From an uncultured delta proteobacterium (GTDB taxonomy: Bacteria; Desulfobacterota; Desulfobaccia; Desulfobaccales; 0-14-0-80-60-11): DNA of 64,000 nt. The DNA lies in assembly GCA_963812015.1 (NCBI GenBank), contig CAWETI010000003.1, forward strand, positions 2,080,001 through 2,144,000, written 5' to 3'. The notes under the pieces were generated by a model. The model ran no database searches. It was not told the origin of the DNA and saw only the letters and a list, made by a program, of their open reading frames with translations. Position 1 is the first letter of the stretch. Each line of letters opens with the position of its first letter. A program made the translations under genes and the position numbers. Below, in pieces: positions 10,615 through 19,618 of this stretch.

Positions 10615-10905
10615 TCACTCATGGAGTGATGCCAAATAAGCGCTGAGTGAACTGATATCCTGGGAAGGCTCAAGTTCGTCTCCAGACCTGAGGTTAAGGA
10701 TTGCCACCCGGACGGGCTCATTCAGGGTGGTGGGAAAGCTGTCCCCGCTGGCGTCATGTACGGCGATATAGGCGCGCTTGCCTTGGTATTTTATCCATTT
10801 CGTATATGACGCTTTCCCGGCGCAACTTGCCGAGAGATTGAATCCATGGGTTTTCATCAATTCTTCGAGTTTCATCGGTTCATCTGACATGCTTTCAGAC
10901 CTCAT
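10615..10905 (-). CDS. Small hypothetical protein
   Basis: 96-aa ORF directly after the crotonase gene, same strand; contains LSASCAG. Confidence 0.6.
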   Translation of the reverse strand: MRSESMSDEPMKLEELMKTHGFNLSASCAGKASYTKWIKYQGKRAYIAVHDASGDSFPTTLNEPVRVAILNLRSGDELEPSQDISSLSAYLASLHE

Positions 10906-10936
10906 CCCGGGTTATGCTTAACAATCTCCGAGGGGA

Positions 10937-11713
10937 TTAGCGCTCCCGCCACTCCGGTTTTCTCTTCTCCAGAAAGGCCTTTACCCCTTCCTCCGCATCT
11001 TGCGTGCTGCACAGAGCGGCAAACCGGTCGCTCAACATGTCCAGGGCCTGATTATAGGGAACGTTTTGCATCCCGTAGATGCCGGCTTTGCCGGCCTGCA
11101 AGGCCAACGGGCTTTTGGCGGCCAGTTTGGCGGCCAATTCCAGAGTAGCTTCCTCCAGTTTATCAGGTGGCACGACCCGGTTGACCAGTCCCAGCCTTTG
11201 GGCCTCGGCGGCCGAGATAATATCTCCTGTGAGCACCATTTCCAGGGCCTTTTTTAGGCCGACATTGCGGGCCAGGGGCGCCGCCGGTCCGAGGCAGATG
11301 AGGCCGACATTGATGGCCGTGGTCCCAAATTTGGCATCCTCCGCGGCCACCGTCAGGTCACAGGCAAATGACAGGCCGGCGCCATTGGCCAGGGCATAGC
11401 CCTTAACTGAGGCAATCACCGGCTTCTTCATCTTGGCAATGGTGTGATTGTGCTCATCCATCAGGCGAATAAATTCACGGTACTCCTTGTTGGTTTTACC
11501 CTTGAATTCGTCCAGGGAAATACCTGTGGAGAAATGTTTGCCATTGGCGTCGATCACCACTACCCGGACCTCGGGATCCTTATCCATTTCCCAGAGGGAA
11601 TCATTGAGCTCCCGGGCAAAAGGTACGTTGAAAGTGTTCATTGCTTGCGGGCGATTCAACGTAATGAAGCCGATTTGATCCCGTTTTTCCACCATGACGT
11701 TGGTGTAGCTCAT
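10937..11713 (-). CDS. Enoyl-CoA hydratase/isomerase family protein
   Basis: ITLNRP..MN, KPVIASVKGYA and EGVKAFLEKRKP crotonase motifs. Confidence 0.92.
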   Translation of the reverse strand: MSYTNVMVEKRDQIGFITLNRPQAMNTFNVPFARELNDSLWEMDKDPEVRVVVIDANGKHFSTGISLDEFKGKTNKEYREFIRLMDEHNHTIAKMKKPVIASVKGYALANGAGLSFACDLTVAAEDAKFGTTAINVGLICLGPAAPLARNVGLKKALEMVLTGDIISAAEAQRLGLVNRVVPPDKLEEATLELAAKLAAKSPLALQAGKAGIYGMQNVPYNQALDMLSDRFAALCSTQDAEEGVKAFLEKRKPEWRER

Positions 11714-11763
11714 AACCCACTCTCCTTATTCTTTATTCTTTAGTTGAGAAAAAATACTCTAGT

Positions 11764-12366
11764 TCAGCTTGGTTTTCTCAAGCTCGCGAGATAAAAGTGT
11801 AGTTGGGCCATGGTATGCTGCCAAACGGCGGGATCTTTGCTTGAAGCATACAGGGGAGCCGCCCCGTTCAGTGAGATCACCATGAAATTGGCAATTTCGT
11901 CAAGATTGACCCCGTCCCTTAAAATTCCTTTCTGCTCCGCTTCTTCCAGCCACATACGTAACAATACGGCAAAGCCCTTGAAGCCTCTCAGAACCTGCTT
12001 GCTCATGTCCGGCGCCTGTCCGGCAAGTTCCACGAGGGAATTGAGCAAAAAACAGCCGCCCTCAAAAACCCCCGCGCCCAGGTAATTTCTCAGGCTGTTT
12101 TCCATGACCCGTTCAATCCGCATAAGGGGGTCGGGGATATCTCGCACTCCCTCTAAAACGATGCTCTTCCATATCCTGACGCATTCTTCATAGACCGCGT
12201 ACCAGATTTCTTGTTTGTTGCGGAAGTGGCCATAAAGCCCCCCTTTGGTCAGGCCGGCGGCTTTAACGATGTCAGATACGGAGGTATGGAAGTATCCCTT
12301 GACAGAAAAGAGCTGCATTGATTTTTCAATGATTTTTTGACGGGTTAGGTTTCCTTTGGTTGCCAT
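11764..12366 (-). CDS. TetR/AcrR family transcriptional regulator
   Basis: LFSVKGYFHTSVSDIVKAAGLTKGGLYGHFRNK HTH; GGC in C-terminal domain. Confidence 0.92.
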   Translation of the reverse strand: MATKGNLTRQKIIEKSMQLFSVKGYFHTSVSDIVKAAGLTKGGLYGHFRNKQEIWYAVYEECVRIWKSIVLEGVRDIPDPLMRIERVMENSLRNYLGAGVFEGGCFLLNSLVELAGQAPDMSKQVLRGFKGFAVLLRMWLEEAEQKGILRDGVNLDEIANFMVISLNGAAPLYASSKDPAVWQHTMAQLHFYLASLRKPS

Positions 12367-12390
12367 CGGGAAGCCCCTATATTATATTAA

Positions 12391-12436
12391 ACCGACCATT
12401 CGGTATTTTATTACCCCAGGAAACTTTGCTTGTCAA
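12391..12436 (-). promoter_or_regulatory. Putative sigma70 promoter with palindromic TetR operator ACCGA-N4-TCGGT
   Basis: TTGACA at 12436-12431 (minus); palindrome 12391-12404 just upstream of tetR. Confidence 0.5.
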
Positions 12437-12463
12437 GGGTGCGGTGAGCCAATCACTTCGGCT

Positions 12464-12988
12464 TTATTCGAGTCCTTCCACGTTCTCCTGAAACGGCTCC
12501 ACGCCCCAGCGGGCCAGGTCCTTGGGCGCCGCCATCTCCGCGGCCAGGCCGGCGCTCTCGATGATCAGGTTGCGGCAAAACAGGGCGTGATCCGTGCAAA
12601 GCCAGGTCTTGCGCCACTGGGAGGTCAACAGGCGGCATTGGGTGCTGCCGAAGCGCTGCTTGAATACGTTGGGCAACCGGTTGAACAGGCGGTAGAGGCC
12701 GGGGCTGCCGTACAGTTCCGCGGTGGCGGCCTTGGCATTGGTGGGCACCTCCCGGCGGCCATAGATCGCGCCCAGGGCCGCCATGGCCCCCACCAGGGAG
12801 CCGCAAGTATCGCCAAAGAGGCCGCCGCCGCCGCCAAAGCCGGTCATCAGGCACATGGTCTCATGGGGCAGGCCGGCGTCAATATGGGCCAGCACCGCCT
12901 CCAGTACGCATTCGGCGCAGTTCATGCCGGTCTTGAAGTTGCTCTTGGCCCGGGCTTTCACCTTGGCGATCACTTCTTCAGGGGTCAT
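12464..12988 (-). CDS. C-GCAxxG-C-C family putative redox protein
   Basis: NCAE, GFGGG, TCGSLVG, C..L and C motifs; SD AAGGAG before ATG 12988. Confidence 0.85.
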   Translation of the reverse strand: MTPEEVIAKVKARAKSNFKTGMNCAECVLEAVLAHIDAGLPHETMCLMTGFGGGGGLFGDTCGSLVGAMAALGAIYGRREVPTNAKAATAELYGSPGLYRLFNRLPNVFKQRFGSTQCRLLTSQWRKTWLCTDHALFCRNLIIESAGLAAEMAAPKDLARWGVEPFQENVEGLE

Positions 12989-13562
12989 CCGCATCTCCTT
13001 CATCCTGAAAACATTTAACAAAGCCGGTTAACTCCTCCAGCACCACCTTTGGGTCCCGGGTGGTATCCAGCCTGAGAAGCGGCCGGTCCTCCGGCATAAA
13101 CGGGTCGAAGTCCCGTATCTGATCCTCGAACAGCTCCACCCGGCCATCGGAGATGGCCTCGGGGTCAGTGAGCCGGATGCCCAGACGCTCGCGAGCCACG
13201 GCGGGCGGACACTCGCAGTAAACAAAAACGACCCGGGCCCCGCGCTCTTGAGCCAACTGCCGCACCCGGGCCCGCTCCGACGCCCGCTTATAGGACCCGT
13301 CCAGGATGACGTTCCGCCCCGCGGCCAGGTGTTCGGTGGCCTGGCGCAGCATCTCGTCGTAGGTGAGGGTGGAAAAATCCTCGCCATAGATGCCCTGACC
13401 AAAAGCCACGGGCACCCGGTCGGTGGGTTTGAGGCCCGCCAGCAGCTTGCGCACCGCGTCGCTGTGGATCACCGGCCATCCAAGGCTTGCGGCCAGGGCC
13501 CGGGAGCGGCTGCTTTTGCCGGTGCCCATGAGGCCGAAGACCACCACGATCAGGCGGCCCAT
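12978..13562 (-). CDS. AAA_33 / gluconokinase-like P-loop kinase
   Basis: GLMGTGKS Walker A, SDAVRK, VILDG and SD motifs. Confidence 0.85.
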   Translation of the reverse strand: MGRLIVVVFGLMGTGKSSRSRALAASLGWPVIHSDAVRKLLAGLKPTDRVPVAFGQGIYGEDFSTLTYDEMLRQATEHLAAGRNVILDGSYKRASERARVRQLAQERGARVVFVYCECPPAVARERLGIRLTDPEAISDGRVELFEDQIRDFDPFMPEDRPLLRLDTTRDPKVVLEELTGFVKCFQDEGDADDP

Positions 13563-14563
13563 CGTGCCCCCGCTTCGGCATACTCACCCGCCAGGCCGAA
13601 ATAGGCTCGGGCCGTGGTCAAGGCCTGGGCCCGGGCTTCCGGGGTCTGAGCCGGGTCCTGGGCGGTGAAGGCGTGGATCTTGCCCCGGACGTAGGCCCGG
13701 TAGCATTTATAAAAATCCAGCATCTGGAGCAATTCGGGGTCCCGGGAGGCCTCGGCGAAGCGCGCCACAAAATAGCGCCCCAGGTCCCGGAAACCGTGAA
13801 AGTCCAGGTCCATGGCCAGAAAATCAATGTCTGCGGCCACGTCACCATAGCGGAAGCGAGGATTAAATTCGATGCAATCAAAAATATAGATATGATCGGC
13901 CAAACAGATATTCTTCATGTGCAGATCGCCGTGGCAATCCCGGATGCGGCCTTCCCGGATGCGCTTGGCAAACAGGGCCCGGTGCCGGGCGAGAAAAGAC
14001 CGGGCAAAGTCGCGAATTTCCTCAAAGGATTCCCGGGGAAACATCTGCCCCGCCAGGGCTTCGGTCCGGGAAAAGTTTTCTTCATGATTGTAGGCGATGA
14101 TGGCGGGCTCCCCGAACTTGTTGATCCGGGGGCCGGTGGCCGCCTGCTCATAGAACGGCACCAGCCGGGCAATGATGCGGTCCAGGTGCTCCCGGCGCAA
14201 CTCGCCCCGGTCCGCCACCTCATCCATCATGCGGTCCTGGGGCATGCGTAACATCTTCAAGGCATAGTCCAGAGGCTGTCCCTGGCCGCCTACCCGCACC
14301 CGGCCCTGGGGGGCCGTGATGGCCTGGACCTCCAGGTAAATCTCGGGGCAGAGGCGGCGGTTGAGACTCAGTTCCTCCTGGAGATAGTGGTGGCGGCGGC
14401 CCAGGGTGGTGAAGTTCAAAAACCCCAGGTCCACCGGTTTCTTGACTTTGTAGGCGAAGCCATCGGTGAGAAAGACCCAGGAGATGTGCGTCTGGATTAA
14501 GGCGACCTCCCGGGTGGGCTCCGGGTAAGCCGCGGGGTCCAGTAAGGCTGTCACGAGGTCCAT
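13550..14563 (-). CDS. Aminoglycoside phosphotransferase-like protein (COG2187-type)
   Basis: THISWVFL, YKVKKPV, RDCHGDLH and FDCIEFN motifs. Confidence 0.88.
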   Translation of the reverse strand: MDLVTALLDPAAYPEPTREVALIQTHISWVFLTDGFAYKVKKPVDLGFLNFTTLGRRHHYLQEELSLNRRLCPEIYLEVQAITAPQGRVRVGGQGQPLDYALKMLRMPQDRMMDEVADRGELRREHLDRIIARLVPFYEQAATGPRINKFGEPAIIAYNHEENFSRTEALAGQMFPRESFEEIRDFARSFLARHRALFAKRIREGRIRDCHGDLHMKNICLADHIYIFDCIEFNPRFRYGDVAADIDFLAMDLDFHGFRDLGRYFVARFAEASRDPELLQMLDFYKCYRAYVRGKIHAFTAQDPAQTPEARAQALTTARAYFGLAGEYAEAGARWAA

Positions 14564-14672
14564 GATTTGAAATTAAGCATATTTATACAGCAGGCCAGGG
14601 GGGTCAAGACCGACCCAGATTATAGTCGAAAAGAGAGGGTAATAATTATGCGACCCTGTGCATCACCTAAAT

Positions 14673-15215
14673 TCATTGTTTCCTGCCCGAAGCCTTTTGA
14701 AGATATTGCATAAATTCTCGAGGAAATTGTAACCCTAAACTTTGGGCCTTATGAACATCTTCCCAGGCTTTGTCATATTCTCCCTTCCCGACATAGGCTG
14801 TTGCCCGACCTCCATAGGCTGCCACATGATTGGGGTTTATCTTTATGGCAGTAGTATAATCAGATATAGCCTGGTCTGGCATATCCTTCAAGCCATAGAC
14901 AGTTGCACGCCCCGTATAGGCCTTAAAACTCTTTGGGTCAAGCTTGATAGCCTGTTCAAAATCTGAGATTGCTAAGTCTAATTTTTCTGGTGGCTTAGAA
15001 TAGGCACTTCCCCGACCTATGTAGGCTTCAACAAGATTTGGATTTAAATGGATTGCTTGTGAAAATGCTTTTATAGCTTGGTTATATTGTCCTCTTATAT
15101 AGGAATTCTTGCCGTCATTAAAATAGTCATCGGCAGTTTTCTCCGCCGAGATTTGTGTTCCAATACTAATTAATGCAAGAATAGACAAAACGAAAAATGA
15201 AATTAACCATCTCAT
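14673..15215 (-). CDS. Secreted TPR-repeat protein, AT-rich
   Basis: Signal peptide plus about four TPR repeats (AI..F..AI.L.P...AY..RG). Confidence 0.85.
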   Translation of the reverse strand: MRWLISFFVLSILALISIGTQISAEKTADDYFNDGKNSYIRGQYNQAIKAFSQAIHLNPNLVEAYIGRGSAYSKPPEKLDLAISDFEQAIKLDPKSFKAYTGRATVYGLKDMPDQAISDYTTAIKINPNHVAAYGGRATAYVGKGEYDKAWEDVHKAQSLGLQFPREFMQYLQKASGRKQ

Positions 15216-15348
15216 TTTCTTCTCCTCGGTGATAATTAAATTAACAACCCTCTTAAATATTATTAATTAATTTACTTACAAAAAATAGATTTGCAATATA
15301 AATTAATTAAGATAGGCAAGAGTTATTCAAATTACTATTATAATTCAT

Positions 15349-15861
15349 TTATTCTCTATCAACGTTCGCTGGCTCCATTAGATATACTAATAAACGAATA
15401 AATAATAATAAGATTATTAATACTACTAATAATGATGCCCAAAATTTTTCTTCGATAAATATATATGTCCATATAATTATTACGATGTATGATAGAAATT
15501 CAGAATATTCAGGTTCATCAATCCAACTTCTCCTTTTAATAATTTTAGTAATTAAATCATCCGGAATATATTTTATTGAAAGTTTGTCATTTGTAATTGA
15601 GAAAACTATCTCGCTAGCAAATTTTCGTTGCCGAAATTGCCACCAAACAAAGAGGCAAATAAATATGAAGGATATAAACATAATTCGAGGTTTTTGAGCA
15701 GCACACAAAGCGTTTGCACTGTATATAAACCAAATTCCACCCAAATATAATGAAGTAGCGATCCATGCCATTTTTTCTTTATGATCGTGATACCTTCCAT
15801 AGTAATCTCTATAACTCAAGATGAAATTAGTTCTTACTTTTTCATCATTGTTGTTTGACAT
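15349..15861 (-). CDS. Very AT-rich hypothetical multi-TM membrane protein
   Basis: 170 aa with about 4 hydrophobic segments; HDHKEKMAW precedes the first TM. Confidence 0.6.
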   Translation of the reverse strand: MSNNNDEKVRTNFILSYRDYYGRYHDHKEKMAWIATSLYLGGIWFIYSANALCAAQKPRIMFISFIFICLFVWWQFRQRKFASEIVFSITNDKLSIKYIPDDLITKIIKRRSWIDEPEYSEFLSYIVIIIWTYIFIEEKFWASLLVVLIILLLFIRLLVYLMEPANVDRE

Positions 15862-15993
15862 TGAAAGCCGCCTTTAATAAACTAAAATTTTGTGGTATCC
15901 TTTGCCACCGCCGTTCCAAATTATCTTGTTAAAGTAATAATAGCAAAGAGTTAGCCTGAGAAACAATTTTTTAATGGATTCTTTGTATAATCC

Positions 15994-16581
15994 TCAGCCG
16001 GCCGCGGCGATTTCCTCGATTGTGCGGCCGGTGAGCACCGACCGGGGTTCGGTGGCCACGGGATTGCCCCGGGGGTCGGCGGCCTCGTCGTCCGCCTTCA
16101 CCAGGAGCCAGGATTCGTCCTTGCCGGTACGGAAGCGGGTCAGGGCGTAGCCGCCCTTAAGTTTGCGCCCCTCCAGCCAGACCTTGATATGCCCGTGCGC
16201 CACCGCCTGGCCCATGGGGATGGCCACCCCTTTTTTCTCCGTCAGGTTGCGGTAGGGGCCGGTGTCCCACACCAGCACCGTGCCGCCGCCGTATTCCCCG
16301 GCGGGGATGACCCCCTCGAAATCGGCGTACTCCAGGGGATGGTCTTCGGTGGGCACGGCCAGGCGCTTGTCTTTGGGATCGGTGGACGGGCCTTTGGGGA
16401 CCGCCCAGGATTTCAAGACCCCGTCCACTTCCAGGCGGAAGTCGTAGTGCAGATGGGTGGCGGCGTGCTTCTGGATGACGAAGATGGGCTCCGGGAAAGT
16501 CCGGGATTTTCTGGCCGCCGGCTCCGGGGTGCGGCTAAAATCCCGTTTTGCCAGGTAATCCTTAAGACTGCCATCGGTCAT
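15994..16581 (-). CDS. Stand-alone LigD 3'-phosphoesterase domain protein
   Basis: YLAKRDFSRTPEP, FVIQKHAATHLHYDFRLE, SWAVPKGP and TEDHPLEY. Confidence 0.92.
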   Translation of the reverse strand: MTDGSLKDYLAKRDFSRTPEPAARKSRTFPEPIFVIQKHAATHLHYDFRLEVDGVLKSWAVPKGPSTDPKDKRLAVPTEDHPLEYADFEGVIPAGEYGGGTVLVWDTGPYRNLTEKKGVAIPMGQAVAHGHIKVWLEGRKLKGGYALTRFRTGKDESWLLVKADDEAADPRGNPVATEPRSVLTGRTIEEIAAAG

Positions 16582-16727
16582 GACGGTTTTGCCTTTTTAA
16601 CGATAAGTTACCTCTAACATAAGCACCTGGGCCAATCCGGTCAATGGTTCCTCTGGGCCGATGGGACGGGGCGGCATGGAGCTTGAGAGGAAAAAAGGGC
16701 AGCTTCCCAAGAATAAAGCGCAGGGTA

Positions 16728-16757
16728 TTGACAATGATTATAAATGTAGTATATAAA
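16728..16757 (+). promoter_or_regulatory. Sigma70 promoter overlapped by a Fur/PerR-like 7-1-7 box
   Basis: TTGACA at 16728; TGACAAT-G-ATTATAA (16729-16743) matches TGATAAT-N-ATTATCA at 12/14 positions. Confidence 0.5.
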
Positions 16758-16793
16758 TATAAGATTTACTGAATATCAAGGGGGGCTACGGCC

Positions 16794-17078
16794 ATGCACT
16801 GCGCAACTTTGAAACCAGGGGTAGATTGTACGTTTATGTCCAAAAAAGGCTGTTCGTTCAACGGCGGCAGCTGTAAAACGGTAGTGACGGAATGTGAAGG
16901 CTGCGACCGGGTCTTGGGTTCCAACGGTAACTCTTTTTGTGCTTCTTTTCCTGACCCTGCCGCCAAGTGGCGCCGGGGGGCCTGTAATCTGGCCACCCAT
17001 GTGAAGGTTGAGAAAAAAGAGTCCGCCCAGAAGGTCAATCCTCTCAAGGCGTCCAAACGGCAAGCCGCCGGCCGCTAA
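16794..17078 (+). CDS. PxxKW family cysteine-rich protein
   Basis: Nine Cys; PAAKW..G.CNLATH; C-terminal KVNPLKASKR. Confidence 0.88.
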   Translation: MHCATLKPGVDCTFMSKKGCSFNGGSCKTVVTECEGCDRVLGSNGNSFCASFPDPAAKWRRGACNLATHVKVEKKESAQKVNPLKASKRQAAGR

Positions 17079-17095
17079 CCAGGCGCTGAACGGAC

Positions 17096-17138
17096 AGCGC
17101 GGCTCGACGCTTTTGCCGGCCGCGCTTTCCTTTTTTTA
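17096..17138 (+). terminator. Intrinsic terminator between convergent genes
   Basis: AGCGCGGC...GCCGCGCT stem followed by a T-rich tail. Confidence 0.65.
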
Positions 17139-17150
17139 TCCTACCCGTTT

Positions 17151-18347
17151 TTACTTCCCCAGCTTCGCCAAGGCTTCTTTGATCCGGCTCAATCCCGTGG
17201 CAATCCGTTCCCGGGACGTGGCATAGGAAAACCTCAGGCAGTTATCCTCTCCGAATTCGCCCCCGGGCACCGCGGCCAGCCGGGCTTCCTCCAGAAGATA
17301 GGCCGCCAGGGCCCCGGACCGGGATTGTCCCGGCTCCACCTTCAGCCGGCCGTAATACGCCGAAAAATTGGGAAAGATATAGAACGCCCCACCCGGCTTG
17401 ATGGTGGTGACCCCCGGGATATCCAAGACCCGTCGGTAGATGTCGTCCCGCCGCCAGGCAAACTCCGCCAGCATGTTTTTAACCGAGTCCTGAGGACCGC
17501 TCAGGGCCTCCACCGCCGCCTTCTGGGCAATGGAATTGGGGTTGGATGTGCTCTGGCTCTGCAGGGTGTCCGCCGCCTTGATCCCGGCTTCGGGGCCCGT
17601 CAGGTAGCCGATGCGCCAGCCGGTCATGGCATAGGCCTTGGACACCCCGTTGAAGACAAAGGTGCGAGCCTTGAGCTCCGGGGACAGCATGGCCATATTC
17701 ACGAATTTGGCGCCATCGAACAAGATTTTGTCGTAGATGTCGTCGGAAATGATGTAGAGCCCGGCTTCCAGCGCCACTTCCCCCAGGGCCGCCAGTTCGG
17801 CCTGGGTATAGACGCCGCCGGTGGGATTGGAGGGGCTGTTGATCACCAGGGCCTTGGTCCGGGGGGTGAGGGCGGCTTTGAGTTCCGCGGCCGTGAGCTT
17901 AAAGCCGTTGTCCTCCCGGGTGGGCACGACCACCGGCGTGGCTTCGGCCAGCAGGGCTATGGGCACATAGGAGACCCAAAACGGGGCCGGGATAATGACC
18001 TCATCACCTTTATCGAACAGCACCTGGAAGAGGTTGTAGAGGCTGTGCTTGCCGCCGCAGGACACCAGGATTTCGCTGGGCTTATAGCTCAAACCGTAAT
18101 CGGCCTGGAATTTGTTGGCGATGGCCGCCTTCAGTTCCGGGGTGCCTCCCACCGGGGTGTAGCGGGTAAAACCCTCCCGGATGGCCCGGATGGCGGCCTC
18201 CCGGATATTTTCAGGGGTGTCGAAATCCGGCTCCCCCACCCCGAAGTTGACTATGTCGACCCCCTGCGCCTTGAGCTGATTGGCCTTGGCATTCAGGGCC
18301 AGGGTGGCGGAAGGGGGAATCTGGCGAATACGGCGGGCAAGTTGCAT
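17151..18347 (-). CDS. PLP-dependent class I/II (aspartate) aminotransferase
   Basis: GEPDFDTP, NSPSNPTG and SKAYAMTGWRIGY. Confidence 0.93.
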   Translation of the reverse strand: MQLARRIRQIPPSATLALNAKANQLKAQGVDIVNFGVGEPDFDTPENIREAAIRAIREGFTRYTPVGGTPELKAAIANKFQADYGLSYKPSEILVSCGGKHSLYNLFQVLFDKGDEVIIPAPFWVSYVPIALLAEATPVVVPTREDNGFKLTAAELKAALTPRTKALVINSPSNPTGGVYTQAELAALGEVALEAGLYIISDDIYDKILFDGAKFVNMAMLSPELKARTFVFNGVSKAYAMTGWRIGYLTGPEAGIKAADTLQSQSTSNPNSIAQKAAVEALSGPQDSVKNMLAEFAWRRDDIYRRVLDIPGVTTIKPGGAFYIFPNFSAYYGRLKVEPGQSRSGALAAYLLEEARLAAVPGGEFGEDNCLRFSYATSRERIATGLSRIKEALAKLGK

Positions 18348-18482
18348 GGTTACTCCTTTGTGGATAGAATTTCCGGGTAGGGCGAGCTCGCGGGATCATC
18401 CGGCCTCGCCCCATTGCACGGCAACAATCTTTTGAAAAATATCCAACATTATGATAATTGTCAACTGCGGGAGGCCTGGCCG

Positions 18483-19331
18483 GTGAAGTCCGTCGCCATC
18501 ATCACCAAAAAATTCAAACCCGATGCCCTGGAGGCGGGCCGGGCCTTACAGGCCTGGCTCTACGCCCAGGGGGTAAAAGCCTGTCATTTTGAAAACGAGC
18601 CTGAACCCCATATTCCGCCTTTGCCCCCTGATGTTGATTTCATCGTGGTGATGGGGGGTGACGGCACCATCCTGAGCGTCGCCCGCCATTACGGCGAGAG
18701 GGGCGTGCCCGTCTTCGGGGTCAACCTGGGGGGCCTGGGGTTCCTCACGGAAATCTCCCTGGATGAGCTCTACCCCTGCATGGCCGAGCATGTGCTCACC
18801 GGCAAATTTGAGGTGGAAGAGCGCCTGATGCTCACCGTCACCCTGTTCCGCCAGGGACAGATCACCTGGCGGGAAAACGTCCTGAACGACGCGGTGATCA
18901 ACAAGGGGGCTCTCGCCCGCATCGCCGAGATGACTACCTGGATCGACGGGGAATACCTCACCGTCTACCGGGCCGACGGCCTCATCGTCGCCACCCCCAC
19001 CGGCTCCACCGCCTACAACCTGTCCGCCGGGGGACCCATTGTCTACCCCACCCTGCACCACCTCATCCTGCTGCCCATCTGCTCCCATACCCTGAGCAAC
19101 CGCCCCATCATCCTGCCGGACACGGTCACGGTCGCCGTCACCCTGGACGAAAAAGTCCAGGACGTCTACCTCACCTTGGACGGCCAGGTGGGCCGGTCCA
19201 TGGAGCCGGGCGACCGGGTGGAAATCCGCCGGGCTCCTTACCACCTGAAACTGGTGAAGTCACCCCACCGCAGCCACTTTGAAATCCTGCGCACCAAACT
19301 GGGCTGGGGCGAGTTGGGCGTTTGTAAGTAG
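18483..19331 (+). CDS. nadK: NAD+ kinase
   Basis: GGDGT, LGFL and DGLIVATPTGSTAYNLSAGGP; SD GGAGG before GTG 18483. Confidence 0.95.
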   Translation: MKSVAIITKKFKPDALEAGRALQAWLYAQGVKACHFENEPEPHIPPLPPDVDFIVVMGGDGTILSVARHYGERGVPVFGVNLGGLGFLTEISLDELYPCMAEHVLTGKFEVEERLMLTVTLFRQGQITWRENVLNDAVINKGALARIAEMTTWIDGEYLTVYRADGLIVATPTGSTAYNLSAGGPIVYPTLHHLILLPICSHTLSNRPIILPDTVTVAVTLDEKVQDVYLTLDGQVGRSMEPGDRVEIRRAPYHLKLVKSPHRSHFEILRTKLGWGELGVCK

Positions 19332-19386
19332 CAGGGGCCAGGGATCAGGGGTTAGGGGTTAGGGGCCGGTAGCCAGTGGTCAGGGT
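19331..19386. repeat. Heptamer array, left arm (YAGGGRY-like)
   Basis: caggggc cagggat caggggt taggggt taggggc cggtagc cagtggt cagggt, starting at the nadK stop. Confidence 0.8.
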
Positions 19387-19392
19387 TTTTAT

Positions 19393-19481
19393 CTCGTTCC
19401 CAAGCTTGGCTTGGGAACGCCTTGACTCGCCAAGCTCAGCTTGGCAACCATTTTCGTTCCCAAGTACAACTTGGGAACGAG
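19393..19481. repeat. Triple-hairpin REP/MITE-like element with 12-bp terminal inverted repeats
   Basis: CTCGTTCCCAAG...CTTGGGAACGAG ends; internal hairpins CGTTCCCAAG-CTTGG-CTTGGGAACG, GCCAAG-CTCAG-CTTGGC and CGTTCCCAAG-TACAA-CTTGGGAACG. Confidence 0.75.
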
Positions 19482-19618
19482 TGGAAAAAGGTTTCGGCTT
19501 CAAGAGCAGAAACTTTGGGGAATTTTCCCCGGGCCAAGAGGTCCCCAAAACCATTTTTTGACTGCGGTGGCCAAGGCTGCGGCGTAATCTCGAATAATTA
19601 TCGTTGGGCTGTAGAGAA

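Noticed and set aside
12464..12988. Selenoprotein form of the C-GCAxxG-C-C protein
   Set aside because: All motif positions are Cys codons; there is no in-frame TGA.
19331..19481. CRISPR array
   Set aside because: The repeats are 7-mers or abutting hairpins without unique spacers of regular length; no cas genes in the window.
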